Notes: generated by a model from the sequence alone, not told the origin. A stretch of 18,841 nt of DNA from Candidatus Heimdallarchaeota archaeon (GCA_046761065.1 JBHIFL010000077.1:1-18841); one strand, 5' to 3'; shown: positions 8,063 through 16,903, counted from the stretch's first letter. Translations and numbers: made by a program.

Positions 8063-9550
8063 ATGCGGCAAGAAATGACTGTCACATTAAAAGACCTTCC
8101 TGTAGATGTGGGTGTTGTATACGAGGGGGAACGAATTCGCTGGAAAGATACACGGATCGAGTACGGCGGACCCAAGGTTGAGCGCAAATTTGAGCTATGT
8201 AGAGTTGTTGGGCTTGATGGCATTGAAGATGAGAATGTGATCATAAAAGGCCCAGATATTCCCGATACAGAGCTACAAACCAACCATGAAATCGGGATTC
8301 TCATCGAAATGGCAGGAGAGAAGCTCGAACAAGACCTTGAAGCGGTTTTCGAGCGAAGAATTCATGAATTTACGAATTTTATCAGTGGTGCAATGCATCT
8401 GAACCAAAGATATGACATTCATATCCGCTTTTCCAAAAAAACAGGGGACAAGGGATTTACTCTCAAGGATTGGGGGAATGCATTTATCGCCTTATACAAA
8501 TCAACCTTTCCAATCATTGAAAAAATTCAAGTCACATTTCTAACAGATCCTAAAGCGCTTGACGAATGGTACCAACAGGCAATTGAAATTTATAAACAAC
8601 GAGATGCTCGCGCAAGGGCATTGACCGATGAAGAGGTAGATGCGTTCTATGGTTGTGTTCTCTGTCAATCTTTTGCTCCTACTCATGTCTGTGTAATCAC
8701 CCCAAACCGGATTTCAAGTTGCGGGTCCATCAACTGGTTTGACGCCAGAGCTGCCGCAAAAGTAGATCCTGAAGGCCCAAACTTTGAAATTCAAAAAGGA
8801 GAACAGTTGAATGAAGAGACTGGCGAGTACTCAGGGGTAAATGAAAGGGTCAAAGAGCGTTCGCTAGGAGAAGTTACTCAAGTCGAAATCTATAGCATGT
8901 TTAACAGCCCTCACACTTCGTGCGGATGTTTTGAAGCAATTGCTTTCTATATCCCAGAAGTAGATGGAATTGGAGTGGTCAATAGAGACTTTAAAGGTGA
9001 AACAGTCAATGGATTACCTTTCTCAACAATGGCCACTCAAACGGGGGGCGGACAACAAGTTCCTGGATTTAATGGGATTGCTATTGAATATTTGAGGAGT
9101 CCTAAATTCCTTGCTCCTGAGGGAGGTATCACACGACTCGTTTGGATGCCGAAATCCGTGAAAGACAGGGTTCCCGATGCATTTCCTGACGGTTTTGCCG
9201 AGAAAGTTGCCACAGAGGAAAATGTGACTGATATCGAAAGTTTAAAGGCTTTTCTCAAGGAAAATAATCATCCAGTAGTGCAGCGATGGAAAGAAGCCCC
9301 ACCAGCAGAAGTCCCCGAAGTTGTACCCGTTAAAGGGGTCCCCTCCGCAGCTCCGGCTCCTACAACCACAGTGACGGCTCCTACTTCTATGACTGCGATG
9401 CCGGCGGGTACAATCGCGGCTCCGACTATAACATTGCCTATAACACTTCCATCTGGTGTAACAGGCGGAAGCAGTGAACTAAAACTTGTACTCAATAATG
9501 TTCGTATTAACATCAAGAACGTGTACATCAAGAAGAAGGATGAAGTATAA
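8063..9550 (+). CDS. cdhC: Acetyl-CoA decarbonylase/synthase beta subunit (acetyl-CoA synthase, A-cluster), archaeal type
   Basis: YEGERIR, FERRIHEF, A-cluster ligands FYGCVLCQSFAPTHVCVITPNRISSCG and PHTSCGCFEAI, followed by a Pro/Thr/Ala linker and short C-terminal module. Alternative start ATG 8075. Confidence 0.97.
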   Translation: MRQEMTVTLKDLPVDVGVVYEGERIRWKDTRIEYGGPKVERKFELCRVVGLDGIEDENVIIKGPDIPDTELQTNHEIGILIEMAGEKLEQDLEAVFERRIHEFTNFISGAMHLNQRYDIHIRFSKKTGDKGFTLKDWGNAFIALYKSTFPIIEKIQVTFLTDPKALDEWYQQAIEIYKQRDARARALTDEEVDAFYGCVLCQSFAPTHVCVITPNRISSCGSINWFDARAAAKVDPEGPNFEIQKGEQLNEETGEYSGVNERVKERSLGEVTQVEIYSMFNSPHTSCGCFEAIAFYIPEVDGIGVVNRDFKGETVNGLPFSTMATQTGGGQQVPGFNGIAIEYLRSPKFLAPEGGITRLVWMPKSVKDRVPDAFPDGFAEKVATEENVTDIESLKAFLKENNHPVVQRWKEAPPAEVPEVVPVKGVPSAAPAPTTTVTAPTSMTAMPAGTIAAPTITLPITLPSGVTGGSSELKLVLNNVRINIKNVYIKKKDEV

Positions 9551-9601
9551 GTTTAATCTGTGACTTATGCCTCAACTTCTATTTTCTTGGAGTGGCTTCT
9601 T

Positions 9602-11011
9602 TTGGAAATTGATGAAACATCCGTTACAGATATAATGCGATTGCTATCGGGTGCAAAAGTAGTATTTGAAGATGTAAATCTCAAAGGAGGAACCATTGAA
9701 CTAGTAATCCCTCAACCAGGTCAATTACGTGATGTCGCTCCTCAAGTCACCTCTCAGATCCTTTCTCAACTAGGCTCGGAGATCAACGAAAAAAACATTA
9801 CAGACATAATACAGCTACTTTCCGGTGCAAAAGTGGTTTTAGAAGGTGTAGAACTCACAGGAGGAACCATCGAACTCGAACTTGTCTCTCGCCCACGTCC
9901 TGCCCTTGTCCCTACAATACAAGTGATATCTCCTCAACAAGCAACAGCTATACCTATTCCCCCAACAGAGAAACATCTTGTTATCCCAAGTATCTTACAA
10001 CCTAAAAAATTTGTTCCATATAAAGAAGAATTCACAGGCCAGATCACGAAAGTTCAGCTTGGAGCAACCAAATCGGAGGGTGGTACCCGTGCTTATTCAA
10101 TCATGTTAGGAGGCGAGACTGTTCCTTCGCTTTATAGATGGGATAGCCCACCTCCTCATAAACCTGCGGTTTCTATCGACATTTTTGACATGAAAATTCC
10201 TCTGGCTCGCCCTGTCCGAGAGAAGTTTGCTGATGTACTAGAAGATCCGGCAGCATGGGCGAAGAAAGCCGAAGAATATGGTGCTGATGCAGTAACAATT
10301 CATTTGATCTCTACCGATCCCGGGCTCGAGGACACCTCAATCAGCGAGGCGATGAGAACACTCGAAGACGTTCTACAAGCAACAAAGGTTCCAATCATTG
10401 TTGGAGGCAGTGGAAACAAGGAGAAAGACCCACAACTACTTGCAAAAGCATGCGAGGTGGCCGAAGGGGAACGAATTCTTCTTAATTCTCTCGAACTTGA
10501 TGCAGATTACAAATTACCAGCAAAGAAAGCGTTAGAACATGACCATATCTGTTTAGCTTTCTCACAAATGGACATCAATAAAGCAAAACAGTTGAACCAA
10601 GCACTGTTAAGGGAAGGCGTTCCTCCCCAGCAAATTATGATCGACCCCACTACCGCTGCCCTGGGGTATGGAACTGAATACTCTTTTAGCATCTATGAAC
10701 GGATACGCCGTGCAGCGCTAAAAGGAGATAAAACATTAGCGATGCCAATGAGCTCTGGATCTACAAATGGGTGGGGGGCGCGAGAAGCACACCGACCTGA
10801 GAGCAAAGAACCTCAATGGGGACCAAGAGAATATCGAGGGCCTTTATGGGAGGCGACCACCGCATTCACCCTTGCGGTAGTTGGATGTGATCTGTTCATG
10901 ATGTTACATCCCCTCTCAGTATCCTTGTTTAAGCAGATGGTGGATATATTATGGGCTGACCCTAAGGGGACTCCTCCTGCATATGCGGATTGGGTCACCG
11001 CCGTCCTATAA
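9602..11011 (+). CDS. cdhD: ACDS delta subunit (corrinoid Fe-S protein small subunit)
   Basis: LGATKSEGGTR, EDPAAWAKK, IHLISTDP, GGSGNKEKDP, IDPTTAALGYGTEY, WGAREA, WGPREYRGPLWE, MMLHP. TTG 9602 has a GGAGTGG SD at 9589-9595, preferred over the track start 9560. Confidence 0.96.
   Translation: MEIDETSVTDIMRLLSGAKVVFEDVNLKGGTIELVIPQPGQLRDVAPQVTSQILSQLGSEINEKNITDIIQLLSGAKVVLEGVELTGGTIELELVSRPRPALVPTIQVISPQQATAIPIPPTEKHLVIPSILQPKKFVPYKEEFTGQITKVQLGATKSEGGTRAYSIMLGGETVPSLYRWDSPPPHKPAVSIDIFDMKIPLARPVREKFADVLEDPAAWAKKAEEYGADAVTIHLISTDPGLEDTSISEAMRTLEDVLQATKVPIIVGGSGNKEKDPQLLAKACEVAEGERILLNSLELDADYKLPAKKALEHDHICLAFSQMDINKAKQLNQALLREGVPPQQIMIDPTTAALGYGTEYSFSIYERIRRAALKGDKTLAMPMSSGSTNGWGAREAHRPESKEPQWGPREYRGPLWEATTAFTLAVVGCDLFMMLHPLSVSLFKQMVDILWADPKGTPPAYADWVTAVL
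9605..9883 (+). repeat. Intragenic tandem duplication in the cdhD N-terminus (9605-9709 and 9779-9883)
   Basis: EIDETSVTDIMRLLSGAKVVFEDVNLKGGTIELVI vs EINEKNITDIIQLLSGAKVVLEGVELTGGTIELEL: 23/35 identical, 58 codons apart, also visible at DNA level. Confidence 0.92.
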
Positions 11012-11022
11012 TGGTGACAACG

Positions 11023-12423
11023 ATGAGTTCAAGATTAGATCCACTCACGATCTTCCAGTATCTACCTCAAACAAACTGTAAAGATTGTGGGGAAGCTACA
11101 TGCCTTGCTTTTGCTGCGAAGCTGCTCAATAGAGATCTGAAACTTGAGGATTGCCCCCACATGTTAAATCCCGAAAATCGGGGAAAATATGAACAACTTC
11201 ATGAGCGACTCCTTCCCCCCGTTCGGGAAGTTCTTGTTGGATTGGGTCCAAAACAAGTGCGCTTAGGCGGTGAAGAAGTGCTTATGCGCCATCAACTGTC
11301 TTATTTCAACCCGACTGTTATCGCAGTCGATGTTGCAGACACACTCAATCCTGATGCTCTTAAAGAACGCGTTACAAAAATTTCATCGCTTTCAATTGAG
11401 AGAATCGGCAAAACAATTACACTCGATATGGTGGCTATCCGTTCGGCTTCGGGTGATCCAATAACCTTTGCAAACGCCGTAAAAATTACAAAATCCTATA
11501 CTGATCTTCCTCTGATGCTGTGTTCTTATGATCCGACGGTTTTAGCGGCTGGACTTGCTGAAATAAGCACAGATCGGCCTTTACTTTATGCTGCTACTAG
11601 AAATAATTGGAAAGAAGTTGCGCAACTAGCGCTTGACAATAATGTGCCATTGGTCGTTTCAGCGCCTGGAGAGCTCGATGAACTGGTCTCGCTTGCAGGG
11701 ACTTTGTTTGATGCAGGACTTATAGATCTTGTCCTAGATCCGGGGACATTCTATGGAAAAGGTTTTCTTGGAGGACTTACCCTCAAGAATCTTGTTCAAT
11801 TAAGACAAAAAGCCATCCTCGACCAAGATAAGACCGTCGGTTTTCCTCTCATGGCTATCCCGTTGCAAGCCTTTAGGGGTGAGAAAGATCTCATCCAAGC
11901 TGCAATGCTGGAATCTTTAACCACTGATCTCTTCATCGCTCAATACGCAGACTTAGTTGTTCTTCATGGGCTGGAAATTTGGGAGCTCTTACCGATTCTA
12001 GCATTTCGTCAAGCAATTTACTCCGATCCACGAGTTCATGCCTCAGTAGATCCCGGTATACGCGAATTCTTTAATCCTGGACCGGAAAGCCCGGTACTTG
12101 TGACCACTAACTTTGCATTGACATATTATACGGTTGAAGCTGACATATTGAAATTTAAGGTCCCTTGCAGGCTGCTCGTAACAGACACCGAGGGTTTGGG
12201 AGTTGAAGCTGGCGTAGCCGGTGGCCAATTGACTGCTGAGAAAATTAAGGAATTAATGGACGAAGTTAAAATTGAAGAAAAAGTGAGCCCTGAAAATCAT
12301 ACGATCATCATCCCTGGTCTTGCTGCTCGACTGAGTGGAGAGCTGGAAATACTTTCCAACTGGCAGGTTATTGTTGGCCCGAGAGATAGCGCAGATATGC
12401 AAAAAGTCTTACCTACTGATTAG
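11023..12423 (+). CDS. cdhE: ACDS gamma subunit (corrinoid Fe-S protein large subunit)
   Basis: LPQTNCKDCGEATCLAFA...CP Fe-S motif, LGGEEVLMRH..FNPT, LVLDPG, YSDPR, SPVLVTTNFALTYYTV, IIIPGLAARLSGELE, VIVGPRDS. Start ATG 11023 (GGTGA SD) or ATG 11011 (TAATG overlap with the cdhD stop). Confidence 0.97.
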   Translation: MSSRLDPLTIFQYLPQTNCKDCGEATCLAFAAKLLNRDLKLEDCPHMLNPENRGKYEQLHERLLPPVREVLVGLGPKQVRLGGEEVLMRHQLSYFNPTVIAVDVADTLNPDALKERVTKISSLSIERIGKTITLDMVAIRSASGDPITFANAVKITKSYTDLPLMLCSYDPTVLAAGLAEISTDRPLLYAATRNNWKEVAQLALDNNVPLVVSAPGELDELVSLAGTLFDAGLIDLVLDPGTFYGKGFLGGLTLKNLVQLRQKAILDQDKTVGFPLMAIPLQAFRGEKDLIQAAMLESLTTDLFIAQYADLVVLHGLEIWELLPILAFRQAIYSDPRVHASVDPGIREFFNPGPESPVLVTTNFALTYYTVEADILKFKVPCRLLVTDTEGLGVEAGVAGGQLTAEKIKELMDEVKIEEKVSPENHTIIIPGLAARLSGELEILSNWQVIVGPRDSADMQKVLPTD

Positions 12424-12690
12424 CTTCTCTGGTGCTTTCCTTCTAATTTTAAAAATCTCATTCCTATCTTTTTTTATTATTAATTGTCCAATCTTAATAA
12501 ATCTCTTCTAACAACCCATTTCTTGTCAGTTAGAACCATTGTAACAAATTTCGTGGATAATAGTGATAAGTACCAAACCGACGAGCATTTTATTACCTAA
12601 ATAGGTTAGTTAATCTGTTGTAAAAGCTATTAACAATCTTCATTTTAGATAATGACATGTATGGTTGGAGAACAATATAGGTTTACTTGG

Positions 12691-13677
12691 TTAGTCTTCT
12701 TTTTTGAACATAAAGGACTCATGGATTGCTTTGGGATTAATTCTTCCCCAATAAACCGTAGTCCCCGTTTCTAAATTCTCAAGGGTGCATTTGGCAGGAG
12801 CAAATAATCCTCGATCGATCAGGTAGAAATTAAATTCGGCTTCTTTAAAGGTTTCATAGAATGGGCGGCCATACTGATTTGATGAACATGAGGGAATCAG
12901 TTTAATGACTTCTCTAAGTTGATCATCTGAAGCGCCTTTAACCTTGAGTAAACAGGCTCCTCCGTAAAGGATCGCGTCATTCACAATCCCCATGGCAACC
13001 AGCGGGTCTGGATGAACAGGCGGAATGGGCGCGATTCCTTCCGCATGAATTACCTGTAAGTATGATAAGTTTGGACTGTGAAGTACTTCCAGTTTATGAA
13101 GGCCAGTTTCAGCAATTCGCGCTGCCGATTGAGTCGAGTTAGCAATTGAGTTCGTAGCCAGCACAATTAACGTCACGGCATCTGGTTCCATACCACATCT
13201 GTCTGCTATTTTTTGGAATACATCTTCACCAGGATATTTTGACGCTTCAAGAACTAAAATGGCGTGATCTTCCTCTTTTTGATATTTTATATGATTAAAG
13301 AGTTCTTTCGGTTTTTTAGCGAGAAGTCTTGCAGGTCCACTCCCCAGGGCTCGAAATTTTTTCCCATCTATTGTTGAACCTTTGATTTGCCACCCTGCCA
13401 TTTGCGAACCCAACATAGATAATACTGGTGTCATTTCATCTGCTACAAAAAGTCCTTCAAATGTTGATCCATTGATCTCCACAGCTTTTTGTTCTATGGT
13501 CCCCCTTCCCCCCATGCAAATCTTTGCAATGAATATGCCCGCTTCAATGGATCCTTGGGCTTTTATCCCTGCATCAATTAATAAACCCTCAGGAGTGTCA
13601 ATCACTTCTATTTTGAGGTCATCTTGTTTTTTAATCATCTCTTGAACGAATTCCCAGGCAAAATCATTCATTCCCAT
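12691..13677 (-). CDS. mch: Methenyltetrahydromethanopterin cyclohydrolase
   Basis: IDAG...GSIEAG..A.ICMGG, LGSQMAGW, GSGPAR, VLE, AARIAETGLHKL, MGIVNDAILYGG, FY.ID.GLFAPA. GGAG SD upstream. Confidence 0.96.
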   Translation of the reverse strand: MGMNDFAWEFVQEMIKKQDDLKIEVIDTPEGLLIDAGIKAQGSIEAGIFIAKICMGGRGTIEQKAVEINGSTFEGLFVADEMTPVLSMLGSQMAGWQIKGSTIDGKKFRALGSGPARLLAKKPKELFNHIKYQKEEDHAILVLEASKYPGEDVFQKIADRCGMEPDAVTLIVLATNSIANSTQSAARIAETGLHKLEVLHSPNLSYLQVIHAEGIAPIPPVHPDPLVAMGIVNDAILYGGACLLKVKGASDDQLREVIKLIPSCSSNQYGRPFYETFKEAEFNFYLIDRGLFAPAKCTLENLETGTTVYWGRINPKAIHESFMFKKED

Positions 13678-13894
13678 TTCTATCGCTCCTTATTGCACAA
13701 TAGTCCCTTAAAGAGGTTGTACGTCTACATCGCTGAGTATGTATCAACTCACAGAGGATTCAATACGAAACCATGGCTTATCTTTTTTCTAAGGATCTTC
13801 TATCTCAACATAATAAAGAGTCGCATGAAGTAATTGAACATCCCAATATGGATTAACTTATAATGCCTGAATAATTTAACACTATTCTTCCGAA

Positions 13895-14406
13895 TCAGTC
13901 GATCTTAGAGAACTTTTCCTTTATGGCTCCACAAATGGGACACTTCTCGGAGGCTTCTCCTTCGGCAGCGTATCCGTAATCATAACAAAAATAATAGTCT
14001 TTTGCAGGGAAGGATCGATTCCAGCTTCAATCGATTTTAGTGCATCTTTATAAAGGTGTACATGGATCTTTTCCATCTCTAAAGTCTATACAAAGCTACG
14101 CGATCCTCCTTTCATTCTATCTTTGTCTGTTTGTTCGATAATACTGGAAATATGTACATCATTTCATTAAATTTCCATTTAATGGCCTTTTTAAGATATT
14201 CTTTGGTTGATCCAATATTTTATACCCAGATGCATCCATATCCGAACACACATGGATTCATTTGGCTGTTGTGATTGAGCGAAATAGGCAGGCAATTTGC
14301 AAATATCCTTCACGATTAGCTTTCTTTGTGAAAATAAGGTTTTTTCGATAGGCTTGGCTTTCATCGAAACAAGTCGCTCAGACAATCTTAATTGTTTCAT
14401 CCACAT
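13895..14406 (-). pseudogene. rbr: Decayed rubrerythrin gene
   Basis: Manual minus-strand translation across frames gives DESQAYRKNLIFTKKANREGYLQIACLFRSITTAK*IH ... IGSTKEYLKKAI ... RSFV*TLEMEKIHVHLYKDALKSIEAG ... DYYFCYDYGYAAEGEASEKCPICGAIKEKFSKID*. It has internal stops (14378-80, 14258-60, 14086-88) and frameshifts. Confidence 0.9.
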
Positions 14407-15027
14407 TGTTACTTTCTTTCTAATGATTCAATAAGATAGATTTTACCACTATTCATTACTTATCTTTTTATTACTTCCTCATTTTGCTAAATAATAGAAA
14501 AGATGAGAAAATTTTTAGATTTATTGAAACTATTTTTCTACTCCTTCCTCTTCAAATAGTCCTTTGAAGCTGTCATGATGCTTCGAGGGGGAAAATATAA
14601 CACTCCAATTAAATTCTCTGATGGGTATAGGAATATCCTAGCACACGAGGTCCAAAATACGATTTATGTAGCGAACATAACACTAGAAAGGACTTTTTAA
14701 TGACTGGAAAGGTGGCTTGGGGAGGATAACATTGAATGCCATTGCGGAGACCTTTATTATTCATGAGGGGACTTTGGCACCAAGTGACTTATGACATCAC
14801 TAGCAGATAGGACGCGAGTGTTGATTAAAAGGGACAACATCTACAGCGATATAGATTATTCTTTTAAATCAAAGCTCTATCCTAATTTCGTAGTGGATAT
14901 TGTAAGCTTAGGTATCATAATACATTCTGTTCCGGTCCTCGACTTTCACTCGAGCCAAAATGCCTAAAAGGTGAATATAGACGAAAAAAACTAAAAGGAA
15001 CACCAAAAAACTTTGAAAGGGATCGAA

Positions 15028-15783
15028 ATGGTTGTTGAGATCATTCCCCTCCACGACTTCCCAATCGTACAGAAAGGCGACAATATTGGGCAATTAATCG
15101 TTGAGACCTCCAAGAAATATATGACTCCTTTACATAACAAAGATGTTCTAGTGGTTGCTCAAACCATTGTATCTAGAGCGGAAGGGATGGTCTATTGTCT
15201 TGAGGATGTTCATCCTTCAGATTTTGCTAAAAAATTGGCAGAACAGACAGGGAAAGATCCAAGACATGTTGAACTCATCTTAAAGGGCGCAAAAAGCATT
15301 GTTCGTTTTGGAAGAGGGCTAATCATCACTGAAACCATTCATGGATTTGTTTGTGCCAACTCCGGGGTTGATAAAAGTAATGTACCTGGCGAATCTTGTT
15401 ACACACTGTTACCTGAAGACCCTGATAGAAGTGCAAAGAATATTCGTAAGACAATCCTGAAATCTCTTGATCTAAACGATATCGCAGTTATCATCTCTGA
15501 CACCTTTGGACGCCCACTCCGTGGAGGTGCCGTAAATGTGGCCATTGGCATATCTGGCATCCGTCCAATTGTATCTTTGATAGGTAAGACGGATCTTTTT
15601 GGGTATACGATGCAAGTAACAGAGATAGCAGTTGCAGATGAAATTGCTGCTGCGAGTGAGCTTGTGATGGGACAAACAGATGAAGGAGTCCCTGTTGTCA
15701 TAATAAGGGGGTACGATTATGTGCCTGATGAAATTGCTGCTTCAAAACTTAATAGACCCCAAGAACAAGACCTATTCTGGTAA
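15028..15783 (+). CDS. cofE: Coenzyme F420-0:L-glutamate ligase
   Basis: DVLVVAQTIVSRAEG, CANSGVDKSN, LLPEDPDRSA, VIISDTFGRPLRGG, ADEIAAASELVMGQ, PVVIIRG, terminal DLF. ATG 15028 preferred over TTG 15013. Confidence 0.95.
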   Translation: MVVEIIPLHDFPIVQKGDNIGQLIVETSKKYMTPLHNKDVLVVAQTIVSRAEGMVYCLEDVHPSDFAKKLAEQTGKDPRHVELILKGAKSIVRFGRGLIITETIHGFVCANSGVDKSNVPGESCYTLLPEDPDRSAKNIRKTILKSLDLNDIAVIISDTFGRPLRGGAVNVAIGISGIRPIVSLIGKTDLFGYTMQVTEIAVADEIAAASELVMGQTDEGVPVVIIRGYDYVPDEIAASKLNRPQEQDLFW

Positions 15784-15910
15784 AGAGACTATAATCTTTT
15801 AAACAAGCTTCTTATATATAAGAATAAAGTGATGCAAAAACGACACGTTATAATTTTACAAAACCGAAAAGATTCCATATTGTTTAAAACTCTTTGTATA
15901 AATGGAAAGT

Positions 15911-16273
15911 CTACTTGTTTTCTTCTAAAAGTACATCAAGCAAATTAGTTAGTTGTTTCTTGTTTAGAGCCCCGACTACCCTGTCATGCTGATTCCCACC
16001 ATCATCTGCAAACACACACAATTGTCCATCTTTAAAAAAGAAGATCGATGGAATACTGGTTATTCCAAGTTCTTTAGCAATTTGTTTATTCTCATCCACA
16101 TCGATCTCGGCGAATCCCACATCTTTTTGCTTATATTCCAGTAATATCTCCTCAATCACTTTATCTAAGAATGTACAAGGGGGACACCATTTCGCGGAGA
16201 AATCTATCACTGCAAGCTTGTGTTTCGCGATGAAAATTTCGATTTGGTCTTCTGTAATCTTTTCTCCGGCCAT
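15911..16273 (-). CDS. trxA: Thioredoxin
   Basis: VIDFSAKWCPPC, IDVDEN..IA..LGITSIPS.FFFKDG, DRVVGA. ATG 16273 gives a normal 120-aa protein; the longer track start looks like over-extension. Confidence 0.93.
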   Translation of the reverse strand: MAGEKITEDQIEIFIAKHKLAVIDFSAKWCPPCTFLDKVIEEILLEYKQKDVGFAEIDVDENKQIAKELGITSIPSIFFFKDGQLCVFADDGGNQHDRVVGALNKKQLTNLLDVLLEENK

Positions 16274-16401
16274 TACTAGCCCACAAATTTTAATCAAACT
16301 CCATGTTTTTAAGTTCTTACCCATAGGAAAGTCAAATCTATTTACTTTTTCCTTGATTAAGGAGTTAATAATCTTAAGAACCAACTGATATTAGTTGAAA
16401 A

Positions 16402-16660
16402 GAACATTTAGGGTGATGTTCCTACGGATTAGAATTATAACCTATTGAGTTTATTGGATTCCAAATCAAAGGGGGAGATCTCTCCTTCTATGAATGAATC
16501 AATGGAGTTTGAAGGGATGTTTCTTGATAGATTTACAAAAGTAAAGGCTCAATATAAGGAAATTTGAATAATGTTAAGGACGCGAATTCCTCAGGTTTGA
16601 GGCTCATCTCCCATTACATCAGCTATCAAGGGCTGTTTCATCCCGAACAACCTCTATTTG
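16402..16660 (+). ncRNA. Candidate structured non-coding RNA or leader of unknown class
   Basis: Multiple helices found by eye, e.g. GGGAUG(16514-19)/CAUCCC(16639-44), UUCUUGAUAG(16521-30)/CUAUCAAGGG(16623-32), AAUGGA/UCUAUU, plus internal hairpins. Confidence 0.35.
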
Positions 16661-16903
16661 TACCTTAACTTTTAAGAATGCACTATTCACGAATAATTCC
16701 TTAGAAATTACCGTACAAGACGAAAATAAGCGATCATCTAAGTGTCTCAATGATTGTATTGCTCCCTCCTACGTCTTCTAGATAGCAATCTTATTTCAAA
16801 AACCATTTTATAATGTGTTTCCCTGTAATTATCTAAACGACTACGACACAATTAGGTTCAATATATATAGCCAACCCCACTACATGTAGGGTATCGCAGC
16901 TCA

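Noticed and set aside
12506-12535. Inverted repeat TTCTAAC-N16-GTTAGAA between convergent cdhE and mch
   Set aside because: A single short AT-rich stem, plausible by chance; at most a terminator aid.
2134-13645. Antisense and alternate-frame ORFs in the track (e.g. 2134-2697, 5032-5493, 8041-8304, 9268-9531, 13382-13645)
   Set aside because: They are shadows of well-supported genes with no independent motifs.
14191-14406. 71-aa ORF and in-frame TGAs as a possible selenoprotein
   Set aside because: The ORF is an off-frame reading of the rubrerythrin remnant; the TGAs are not at Cys positions and co-occur with TAG and frameshifts, indicating decay.
14530-14860. Hairpins (CTTCAAA/TTTGAAG, GAAGC/GCTTC) and short broken ORFs upstream of cofE
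   Set aside because: I could not match a protein family or build a valid SECIS; it may be another decayed gene but is unsupported without a search.
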